IMG/VR virus record: IMGVR_UViG_3300023172_000022
Location: 1-64,000 of that record
Length of the DNA stretch: 64,000 bases
Reading direction: 5' to 3' (one strand)
Origin: a virus
Lineage: Duplodnaviria; Caudoviricetes
Shown here: positions 55,776 to 64,000 of the stretch, piece by piece
How positions within the stretch are numbered: position 1 is the first letter of the stretch
How the letters are laid out: every line of letters starts with the position of its first letter
Made by a program: the position numbers and the translations under genes
Notes under the pieces: generated by a model
Told to the model about the DNA's origin: nothing
The model's input: the letters and a program-made list of their open reading frames with translations, nothing else
Databases searched by the model: none

Positions 55776-58700
55776 CTAAATTTGTTCAAGAGAATTTAAC
55801 TCATTCCAAGTAGTAGGAGCACTGGAATATGCCGTTGTAATAGATTCGTGAGCTATGTTGGTTTTAATGTTTGATTTATTTTCAATATTTTCGATTGTTT
55901 CTAAATACAACTCATTATCGATGCTCTGTGGAGTTTGATTGAATTTCATTCTCTCCACAGAATTATAATTCATACCACTATTTAATCTATTGTTAGGGTC
56001 TTTTGGTGTAGTTACTCGCATAATTTTTGGATAAACATTAATCTCAGAATCTAAGTTTATATTTTGACCACGATCGTATGAATCTACAATCTGGCCCCAA
56101 ATCATTTCATAGAATTCGTGCGACTCTAGACTTGAATATGGATTTCTAGATGTTACATAACCATATTCTTCTTCACCATTTGGATTTTGTTGAACTCTCA
56201 CAATACCAGCAAGAGTTTTCTTTTGTGGGTGTAATTCTGCCTCATCTTCACTACTAAATCTATATCTGACTAATTTTTCGAAAGGAATTTCTCTGTCAAA
56301 TCTGAATTTAATTCTATCCAAACTTCTATACTGATTACTCAATGATGGAACTTCTTCACCAATAGAATCTATCATAATTACGAATTTTTCATCTCTTGGA
56401 TCCGCACCATCTCTAATCGCACCAACCCAATATCTATTGACTCTTTCAACATTTCCCCTAAAAACCTTGTCCCATCTAAATTCGACTTTATCGCCAGGGG
56501 TCGCACTCAGAGAACATACACCAAAACTTGTTAAATGTGTAACTTCAAATTCTACATATAAATCATTTTCGTAATGTGTGGTGTCAATCACTTTGAATTT
56601 TGCAAATGGTCTAGTTGTTTCATCTGTAATATCTATATCATAAATTGTGAAGTTTCTCTGTACAGTATTTTCTGTATAAAATTTAGTCAAGTCAAGTCCA
56701 TTTTCATCTCTTACATTTACAAGGACATATTTTATTTCACTCCAATTTGATGCTGTTGGAATTGGATCTCTATTAACATCTAAAAGTTTATATCTACCAT
56801 CTCCAGTATCAACTGTTTGTCCCACAGGCGTGTCGTCACCTACACCAGACATTGGGCCCCCTGTTTGATAATTATCGTATACAAAGGTATATCCATGAGA
56901 AAGAAGATCATTAACATTAATAGGCGTCGAGTCTGAGCCTGTCCATCTACCCAAACCATCCATGTTTTTAACACTAACGTCTGCATTTTTTACAATTTCA
57001 AACAAAAACTGCAAATACAGACTTTGTAGCTTTTTAGGTTCGGGGTTTGATATAAGATTCACCTCACCAAACATCATTAACCCTGATGGGTGCAACAATT
57101 TCTTTACGATATAACGCCACTGATCGATATTTCTGGAAGTTCTCAATACATAAGAATAATCCTGCCACAAGTAACCATCTTGAATTCTGTTTTCGTCAGA
57201 CAAAAATCCTTTGTCGTTAAAAAAGAATCCATCTCTTTTTAGCAAAGGTCCCAAAATTGGAGTAATTTGCGCGTTACCGTCGCCCAAGGTTGATAAATCT
57301 ATAGTGGGCGCAACGGTATATCCAACCCCAAAACCATCAGAAGCAGAATCTGGAGAATTTGTAATTTTAATTTCTGATATAGAACCAATATTACTACCTT
57401 TGGGTTGAAGTATTGCGTTCGTTCCAATAGAATTGTATCCAGATGTAGAATTTGATATCGATGCAAATGGAAATTTTTCATAACCATCACCACCACTATA
57501 GACATCAATCTTTACTATTGGCCCATGTGGATGATTGATAAAATCCATTTTTACAGTCCAATTATCAGGTACAATAAATGGTTCGGCTGCCAATCCATAC
57601 TGCGCGATCTGACTTGAAATTGTTGATGCAAAACTACTGTTGTCTGTCCAATTGTTTACATCAGGTTCTGATGTTAACTTAAATATTACTAATCTGTCAT
57701 TAACTACGTCAAAATAATACTGAGCTGGCCGATTAGTTTCTTTTGTAATATGATATGCACTATAAAAGTTTTGAATTGGATCTAATTCCCAAGATTTAAT
57801 ATATGTAGTACCAGAAGAAGTATATTCTGTATATCTTTCATCAGAAGTTACTCTAAAAGAACTATAATGGCCTAAATTATAATCGTAATAAGAACCAGAC
57901 GGACTTAAAGAACTACCAAGGGTAACTAGATAAGAGTCGAGAGATTCAAACATTGCAGTATATGCATCTTCGCCATTCAATCCATTAAACAAAATATTTG
58001 ACCAAGTGGATGCATCTTGACTATGACATGCGTATCCCCATTGTGATGAACCACTAAACAAACTGGCCCAAGAATAACCATCATCAACCAATTCCGAAAG
58101 ACTGAATGTAAATTCAGTATTTACATCTATGTTACTATTATCAGTTTCTACTGAAGTTGTAAATTGAGAAACCGAGGTAGTAAATGTGTCTCCATTTCTT
58201 ATTGCTCTTAGTCTACTATAAAGTCCTGCCCAACCTCCAGACTGCGCGGGCGCAAGAGAATTACCATTAAACACCACCACTTGATCCGCCTGCAAATAGT
58301 TATAGACAACTTGATATCCCCCCGTATTCAACATACCACCTTGAGCTCTTAGTAGAGATAATGTATGTTCTTTACCATCATCATCAATTACAAACGCAAT
58401 AACTAAACCAATAGTATCATCGTCCGTAGAGGTTGAAGAAATTGTAGCAGAAAAATCGTATTCAGAAAACTTTTCAGATTCTAATGAATAAAAACCAACA
58501 TATGTGCTTGTGTTTGCTGTACAAACAATTGTATCATTAGCGGAATTATAAACAAAAGCCGTTGTTTCGCCCGCATTTGCTGGATAAGTTCCACTAGAAT
58601 TGTGCGAAAATCTATTCCATGTATTAAAAACGGTTTGTCTGGTTGGTGCAGATTGGATAAACCCACCAGCAAGAATTTTTCTTTCACCGTTTATATGCAA

Positions 58701-60683
58701 TTTTATTTCTGTTTCGCTTACATATAATGAAATATGATTCCACTGTCCCTCCCAATCAACTGGCACCGGAGCCGTGTATTCTGTGCCAGAAATCTCTACA
58801 ATAAGATTTCCTGTTTTTGCTGTGCCGGAACCTTCTTCAATAATTCTAATACTATTAGCATTAAATGCAACATCGTTAAGTGCAAAAAGAGTTCCACCAG
58901 TATCTGTGCCGTTGATATCATCTGGATAAATCCAAAAATCTACACTAAAACTATCTAAAGAATCTTTCAAATGGTCTTTATACAAATCTGATAAAAGAAT
59001 ATATCCATTTTCTCCTTTTGCAGATTTAGAACCCCACTTTGGTCCACCAGCCGGATTAATTAAATTTACGCCGTATCTGAAGCTTTCTTGTTCAAATTTC
59101 GAATCCACAAACCCACTACCATTTTCATGTACATTTTCAAAATCTAAAAATATTAAAACGTCATCCCATTTGTGATCTGTGTTAGAAATCGTGACTTTTC
59201 TATCCCTAGAATACGAATCTGAATAATCAATACTAGGATAATCAGACAAACTATAATAAAAAGATGGATTGTCTTCGTCTTGAACCCAAGAAACAGTTTC
59301 TGTTGTAAATTCATTTGGTTCAACAGCACTTATGTAGGCAGATGCGGCAGAACCAGAGCCATATGAACCTATAGAAACCTGTTCTCCTGTGATATAGTTA
59401 CTACCACCAGAAATAATTTCAACAGCTTCGACTGGTCCTTTTGATGTGTTAGATATTTTCGCAGATAATCCAACTCCATCGCCGGGGTCTGAAATATATT
59501 GATTTAAATAGAAATTGTTTGGATAATTTGAACCACCATTATCAATATCAAAACCAACAATACAATCATACAAAGTTTCTGTAATTGTTACACCATTACT
59601 CATGAGTATTTCTATTTCTTCTCTTGATGTAAAAGTGCCAAAAACGTGAGTAACAAAATATTCCCTAACTGGCGAATCTGAAATACTAAATTCCAAAAAT
59701 CTTTCAACTGTTGCACTTGCACCACTAGTCTTTCCCACAATTCTAACTGGATTACTAACAGTTTTGTTACTAGGTATAGTACGAACACTTCTCTCTTCGA
59801 CCCAAGTATTGTCGCTTGGTTTCATAATATTGTCTTTTGGATAATAAAATTCTACATCTTCGTTGAATAAAGATCTAAACAAAAATTGATACGAACTTTC
59901 AGAACCTTTTGATTGATAAAATTCTTTCATCAATTTTAAAAAAAGCTTTTTGTTTGAGTATTTTGTTTTTTTATATTTTTTGTTTATAAATTCTTGAGTG
60001 ACACCAGATTTCTTGCGAAGATGATAGGCAATTTTGATAATTGTTTGTTCGGGCAATGGTTTTAAGGTGCCTGGGTCAACATCGGGACTGGGGTCTACAA
60101 ATTTTATTTCTTTATTGCTATCATCTAATACATAATCTGTACCTTCAGTCAATAAAGTGTAATCGGTCGGAAAGGTATATTCATCAAGCAAATCTGCTAA
60201 TCCAGAAGTGCCGGATTGTGAACTGGCATCGACACTATAAACTTTTATTTCAACCGCACTCGTATCAAAATCTCGAATTTCGTAATATACGGGACTATAA
60301 TATGACAATGGAAAGACCGAATTTACACCACCAGACAAATAATTATCATACTCTATATACTCTAACTTAGAATCCGAATCCCCAGAAAAATTCAAGGCCG
60401 CTCGTAAATCAGTCGTTAGTTCTTCCCTATCTTTGATTCGAGAAAACTGTGGAAAATCCTTTGCAAGAACATTCTGATATTCATCAACAAAAATATCTAA
60501 AGTTTCATCCAAATCACTAAAATTTTCTATTTGATTTCCAATTGCGGCAGGATTTCTGTCACTTTCTAACCATTTATAGTAAAGTTCGATAAAATGAACA
60601 AATTGTTGATAATCTTCGTCCGATTTCAAATAAAACGGAAGTTGATCGACAACACTAGCTGATATTTTTTTGTGTTCTCTCAT
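55776..60683 (-). CDS. gp7: Baseplate wedge protein, gp7-like, with inserted lectin-like domains
   Basis: QLP....F..FIE.YY.WLE, K.FYQSKGS..SY.FLFR.LF, RIQD..WQDYSYVL and VKKLLHPSG..FG. Sits between gp6 and gp8. Confidence 0.82.
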   Translation of the reverse strand: MREHKKISASVVDQLPFYLKSDEDYQQFVHFIELYYKWLESDRNPAAIGNQIENFSDLDETLDIFVDEYQNVLAKDFPQFSRIKDREELTTDLRAALNFSGDSDSKLEYIEYDNYLSGGVNSVFPLSYYSPVYYEIRDFDTSAVEIKVYSVDASSQSGTSGLADLLDEYTFPTDYTLLTEGTDYVLDDSNKEIKFVDPSPDVDPGTLKPLPEQTIIKIAYHLRKKSGVTQEFINKKYKKTKYSNKKLFLKLMKEFYQSKGSESSYQFLFRSLFNEDVEFYYPKDNIMKPSDNTWVEERSVRTIPSNKTVSNPVRIVGKTSGASATVERFLEFSISDSPVREYFVTHVFGTFTSREEIEILMSNGVTITETLYDCIVGFDIDNGGSNYPNNFYLNQYISDPGDGVGLSAKISNTSKGPVEAVEIISGGSNYITGEQVSIGSYGSGSAASAYISAVEPNEFTTETVSWVQDEDNPSFYYSLSDYPSIDYSDSYSRDRKVTISNTDHKWDDVLIFLDFENVHENGSGFVDSKFEQESFRYGVNLINPAGGPKWGSKSAKGENGYILLSDLYKDHLKDSLDSFSVDFWIYPDDINGTDTGGTLFALNDVAFNANSIRIIEEGSGTAKTGNLIVEISGTEYTAPVPVDWEGQWNHISLYVSETEIKLHINGERKILAGGFIQSAPTRQTVFNTWNRFSHNSSGTYPANAGETTAFVYNSANDTIVCTANTSTYVGFYSLESEKFSEYDFSATISSTSTDDDTIGLVIAFVIDDDGKEHTLSLLRAQGGMLNTGGYQVVYNYLQADQVVVFNGNSLAPAQSGGWAGLYSRLRAIRNGDTFTTSVSQFTTSVETDNSNIDVNTEFTFSLSELVDDGYSWASLFSGSSQWGYACHSQDASTWSNILFNGLNGEDAYTAMFESLDSYLVTLGSSLSPSGSYYDYNLGHYSSFRVTSDERYTEYTSSGTTYIKSWELDPIQNFYSAYHITKETNRPAQYYFDVVNDRLVIFKLTSEPDVNNWTDNSSFASTISSQIAQYGLAAEPFIVPDNWTVKMDFINHPHGPIVKIDVYSGGDGYEKFPFASISNSTSGYNSIGTNAILQPKGSNIGSISEIKITNSPDSASDGFGVGYTVAPTIDLSTLGDGNAQITPILGPLLKRDGFFFNDKGFLSDENRIQDGYLWQDYSYVLRTSRNIDQWRYIVKKLLHPSGLMMFGEVNLISNPEPKKLQSLYLQFLFEIVKNADVSVKNMDGLGRWTGSDSTPINVNDLLSHGYTFVYDNYQTGGPMSGVGDDTPVGQTVDTGDGRYKLLDVNRDPIPTASNWSEIKYVLVNVRDENGLDLTKFYTENTVQRNFTIYDIDITDETTRPFAKFKVIDTTHYENDLYVEFEVTHLTSFGVCSLSATPGDKVEFRWDKVFRGNVERVNRYWVGAIRDGADPRDEKFVIMIDSIGEEVPSLSNQYRSLDRIKFRFDREIPFEKLVRYRFSSEDEAELHPQKKTLAGIVRVQQNPNGEEEYGYVTSRNPYSSLESHEFYEMIWGQIVDSYDRGQNINLDSEINVYPKIMRVTTPKDPNNRLNSGMNYNSVERMKFNQTPQSIDNELYLETIENIENKSNIKTNIAHESITTAYSSAPTTWNELNSLEQI

Positions 60684-60691
60684 GACGAGTC

Positions 60692-62572
60692 CTAATTATT
60701 TCTTATGGTTTTTACATTTTGAGTTGTAATATCATAATTATTATTATAATCATCTGTATCTTCTTCAACCGTCACTGTCACATCTTCTTTTAAAATTACA
60801 AGGACTTGATTTCTTCTTGGAAATACATCAAGTCCGGCCGGTACGCATTCGAGTCTAAAAACTTCCAATGAACCCTCGACGGCCTCAATATTTACCGGAT
60901 CAATATTTATTGTGCCAGTTTCGTAATTTACACTACCAGTAATTTTAGTTGAATATATTTTTTTATCATTCACATCAAAGGTGTAAAATTTTAATTTTCC
61001 ATCATAATTTGAAGTTTCTTCTACATAGTAAATTCTAGTATCTCCTACAACTCTAACACCAACAGATTTTATACTACCTTTTTTAATTTTATTGTTGAAA
61101 TTAAAAACATAAAATGCAGATGTATTAAACAAAACTGTCTGTTCATTTATAAGTCCAACGTAAGTTTCATTATTCGTGATCGATTGATCCAGAGTATCTA
61201 TCCAATTTACAAAATTAGAGTATCTAAAATAATCATTGAAATCGTCTAGATATTTTTTACTGAAAGAAACAATACCATTAGAAACAATATTTTTAATATC
61301 CGATTGACTGAGAGATGTAGTTTCATTATCATACTGAACTGTAGTATTAATTTTCAACTTTGTATATTCTGCATCAACTATTTGTGGTTCGATTGAGAGA
61401 ACAGAATAATCTTTTCTAAGTTTTTTTCTAATTTCTTCTTTTGTATACTCAGAAAGAAAAAATCCAGTATCTGGACGAATTGAAATATACACTCTACCAT
61501 AAGTGGGTGGAATATTATCTTCTCCACCCCATATGTTTAATGATTGAGTTGAAGGATAAATTTGTGGGATAATAGTTTTATAGTCATTAACAGTGACGGC
61601 TCTACCTTGTCCGCCAAAAGTTTTTGGTGCGTGAAATTTTATAGATTCAATATCCTCTTCGTCGGCACCACCAGCACTTCTACTAACAACTTCGATACTA
61701 TCAAGTATTTCATAATTACTAATTTTGCCCTTTGCATCAATTTTTACTATTTCATTGCCAGCAGATCCGGAAGTTGTTAAATAATTTATTTCTATCATTT
61801 GTCCAGACTCTATTTGAGCCCCTAAGACACCATCCCCAAAATAAATTTCATAATTACCACCTCTACCTTCTTGAAGGAAAAACGCCTTCTCAAGTTCAGA
61901 TAATTTCATATTATCATTAGATCTTTTAAACTCTTGTTTTTCTGGAAAATCTGGATTATCGTATACAAAAACTGTAATTGTACTAGTATCTACATCACTA
62001 TTTGTCAATAAATACCTTTGATTTGGATCATTTGTATTTACAATATAATTTTCCGTTACATATGTACCTTGAATTAAAACAACATCTTTAACCGAAAAAA
62101 CATTTGTAAAAGTGCCATCAGATCTTGCCAAAGATGAAACTTTCGGCACTATTACATTGTTTTTTGGTCTGAATTTATAAGATATTCCATCTTTTGTTGC
62201 AGTAAATTCGAAATCTTTATTTAACATGAAAGTTTCATATACATTACTAGAAGATTTTGGTACTGTACCTTGAAATTCTAAATTTACAACCATCTCTGCG
62301 GCCTTTTTTGACCTTGGGGTATAATTTAGCATTTTTGCTTTAGATACAACATTATCTCTAATTCTAGCGGTATCCAAAAACATTTCGTTAGAAATGGCAT
62401 TCATATAATATGAATTAATATGAGTGTTAGTTGCAAGAATATCGATAAGAGTATTCAAACCAGACGCTTGAAAATCGTAATCTTTGAATTCTTTTTTGGA
62501 ACTCATATAATTTATAATACTAGTTTTTATTTCTTCAAAGTCTAATTCTGTAATTTCTATTGTCTTTGCCAT
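60692..62572 (-). CDS. gp6: Baseplate wedge subunit gp6
   Basis: ELDFEEIK, DYDF..SGL..LID.LA.NTH, EMFLDTA..R..VVS.AK.L.YTPRS, IYFGDGVLG, RAVT..DY and WGGEDN.PP.YG.V.I. Confidence 0.95.
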   Translation of the reverse strand: MAKTIEITELDFEEIKTSIINYMSSKKEFKDYDFQASGLNTLIDILATNTHINSYYMNAISNEMFLDTARIRDNVVSKAKMLNYTPRSKKAAEMVVNLEFQGTVPKSSSNVYETFMLNKDFEFTATKDGISYKFRPKNNVIVPKVSSLARSDGTFTNVFSVKDVVLIQGTYVTENYIVNTNDPNQRYLLTNSDVDTSTITVFVYDNPDFPEKQEFKRSNDNMKLSELEKAFFLQEGRGGNYEIYFGDGVLGAQIESGQMIEINYLTTSGSAGNEIVKIDAKGKISNYEILDSIEVVSRSAGGADEEDIESIKFHAPKTFGGQGRAVTVNDYKTIIPQIYPSTQSLNIWGGEDNIPPTYGRVYISIRPDTGFFLSEYTKEEIRKKLRKDYSVLSIEPQIVDAEYTKLKINTTVQYDNETTSLSQSDIKNIVSNGIVSFSKKYLDDFNDYFRYSNFVNWIDTLDQSITNNETYVGLINEQTVLFNTSAFYVFNFNNKIKKGSIKSVGVRVVGDTRIYYVEETSNYDGKLKFYTFDVNDKKIYSTKITGSVNYETGTINIDPVNIEAVEGSLEVFRLECVPAGLDVFPRRNQVLVILKEDVTVTVEEDTDDYNNNYDITTQNVKTIRNN

Positions 62573-63003
62573 TATCTTATTCTTTCTATACTAAATTGAG
62601 TAGAAAATACTTCTTCGGATGCTGGTACTTGATATGTTAATACTATAACTAGAGTATTTTCGTCTTTAAGTGGCTTGAAATTTATACTTAATTCTCTTAC
62701 TCTAGGCTCAAAATTTGAAATTGCGTTTTCCATTCTATTTTTTATATTTATTACAGACATATCATCCAATGGTTCAAATATATCTTCCCAAATATTTCCA
62801 CCAAAGCTTGGTTGAAATGGTCTTTCGAAAAAATTTGTTAGAATTAAATTTTTCAAAGATTGGTTCACTGCGGCCGCATCTCTTTTTTTTCTAACATCAT
62901 TTGTAATTGGATTTTTTTTAAATGATAAATCAAAATCAACAAATTGATTTTGTTTACTTTTTAATACTCCAAGTCTGTTTTCTAAATTTACTAATTCTGA
63001 CAT
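62572..63003 (-). CDS. gp25: Baseplate wedge / sheath initiator gp25
   Basis: D.DLSF..NP.T.D....D..AV.QS..NL.LT...ERPF.P.FG and I.NFEPRV. Confidence 0.95.
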   Translation of the reverse strand: MSELVNLENRLGVLKSKQNQFVDFDLSFKKNPITNDVRKKRDAAAVNQSLKNLILTNFFERPFQPSFGGNIWEDIFEPLDDMSVINIKNRMENAISNFEPRVRELSINFKPLKDENTLVIVLTYQVPASEEVFSTQFSIERIR

Positions 63004-63012
63004 TTTTAAAAC

Positions 63013-64000
63013 CTATGGATTTAAATCTATTTTTGGTGCTTTGATTGTGTGGTTGCCACCGGAAGTTATATCTATTTTGCCACCGACACCTGTAGTTGAT
63101 TTTTTACCAACTACTAAATTAAAGTTTCCTTCGACCACTATAGTTAAATTACCACCAACATGTAAATTTTTATTACCCATAACTAAATCAAAACCATCTC
63201 CAACTGTTTTAGAAACCTTTTTCCCGTCTGGATGATATTCTTCAAAAGAACCAGATCTGTGATAAGTATGAATTCTTTCTGCGCCTGGAGTATCGTCAAT
63301 TTCTAATACATGGCCTGTAGGAGTCCTTATCGCTTGATTATATGGATAAACGGCGGCATAAGGAGATTCTGGCTCAGTAAATTTAGAATTACTGACAAGT
63401 TCATTTTTTGTTTCTGAACATTCGGATTGTGGTTCATCCGGCAAACCACATCTTGTGGGCAAATCAGAATCTGCTGTTTGCGTAGGAGTTTGTGAACTAT
63501 TAGTACTATTAACAGTACGATTGCCAGATTGATTATTAGTATTTACACTTTGACTTATTTCATTAGAAATACTATTCATTGATCTTTGATTTCTTTGATC
63601 AATAACATCATCTGGTGATAACGCTGCAGCTGGGGTTCCTGTTGGGTCAGACAAAAACATCGCCCTCTCTTCCTGTCTTCTAGTTGCCAATGCATCAATA
63701 GTTTGTCCACTTGCCTTATTGTATAGTAACATTTTGTTTGCAATGGTTTCATTGTCTCTTGTACCATTATTAGTCAATTGGTCAAGTCCGCCGGGCCCAA
63801 GATTATACGCAAAGGAAGTTAGAGCATCTCTTTGTCTTTCGTTCCAAGTGTAACCGTATTGTTTTTCTTTTTCCAAAACATATCCTCTATATTTTGCTAT
63901 ATTTTGTGATAATCTAGCTTCGGCCTCTTGCTCATCAATCACTTCGCCCGGATAATTTGCCTTTGTACCATAACCAATTGAGTGTTGTTTATGATCCCAA
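63013..64000 (-). CDS. gp5: Baseplate central spike gp5 with a GH24 lysozyme domain (5'-truncated by the window edge)
   Basis: The frame stays open to the edge (WDHKQHSIGYGT...). DALTSFAYNLG and YNKA.G....L..RR.EE..MF mark the lysozyme. YPYN...GH..E.DDTPG.ERI...H.SG.F.E.HPDG plus a V.GN beta-helix ending KIDLN mark the gp5 C-terminus. Confidence 0.92.
   Translation of the reverse strand, partial: WDHKQHSIGYGTKANYPGEVIDEQEAEARLSQNIAKYRGYVLEKEKQYGYTWNERQRDALTSFAYNLGPGGLDQLTNNGTRDNETIANKMLLYNKASGQTIDALATRRQEERAMFLSDPTGTPAAALSPDDVIDQRNQRSMNSISNEISQSVNTNNQSGNRTVNSTNSSQTPTQTADSDLPTRCGLPDEPQSECSETKNELVSNSKFTEPESPYAAVYPYNQAIRTPTGHVLEIDDTPGAERIHTYHRSGSFEEYHPDGKKVSKTVGDGFDLVMGNKNLHVGGNLTIVVEGNFNLVVGKKSTTGVGGKIDITSGGNHTIKAPKIDLNP

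Larger units (their letters stand above)
1..64000 (-). other. Structural (baseplate and tail-fibre) region of a large T4-like myovirus, probably marine
   Basis: Gene order gp5-gp25-gp6-gp7-gp8-DUF4815 follows cyanophage-type T4-likes. All credible genes lie on one strand. TATAAATA late promoters and a cUUCGg terminator are present, and no cellular genes are seen. Confidence 0.95.

Noticed and set aside
468-63767. Plus-strand ORFs and short alternative-frame minus-strand ORFs in the track (e.g. 30838-31500, 28728-29219)
   Set aside because: They are antisense or out-of-frame shadows of long, well-supported genes, often prolonged by repeats, and show no recognisable motifs.
1-64000. Stop-codon reassignment, introns or inteins
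   Set aside because: Coding density is near complete in the standard code. TAA, TAG and TGA all end genes. I saw no split core genes, intein motifs or homing-endonuclease motifs.

Overview
The window is a 64-kb piece of the late structural region of a large T4-like myovirus. It is AT-rich and resembles marine cyanophages or pelagiphages (inferred from protein motifs; the host cannot be determined). About 36 genes are tightly packed on the minus strand in the standard genetic code. T4-type late promoters (TATAAATA) and two hairpin terminators, one with the T4-style cUUCGg loop, punctuate them. In transcription order (right to left) the genes are gp5 spike with a GH24 lysozyme (5'-truncated), gp25, gp6, gp7-like, gp8 and a DUF4815/VrlC-like protein, then about 46 kb of fibre and appendage genes. 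Five observations stand out. (1) A gp5.4-like PAAR spike tip is fused to an NlpC/P60 (TIGR02594-like) peptidoglycan hydrolase. It lies about 36 kb from gp5, in its own three-gene unit, and its two upstream genes each carry 14-residue tandem arrays. (2) Four large paralogues share a conserved core interrupted by different, sometimes nested, insertions. (3) Fibre genes share N- and C-terminal modules, suggesting a branched plug-and-socket receptor-binding network. (4) Two fibre domains carry a cupredoxin-like His...Cys-x2-His-x2/3-Met ligand set. (5) A 33-aa membrane micropeptide is missing from the ORF track. No RNA genes, CRISPR array, DGR or invertible segment was seen. All family assignments come from motif recognition by eye, not database searches.
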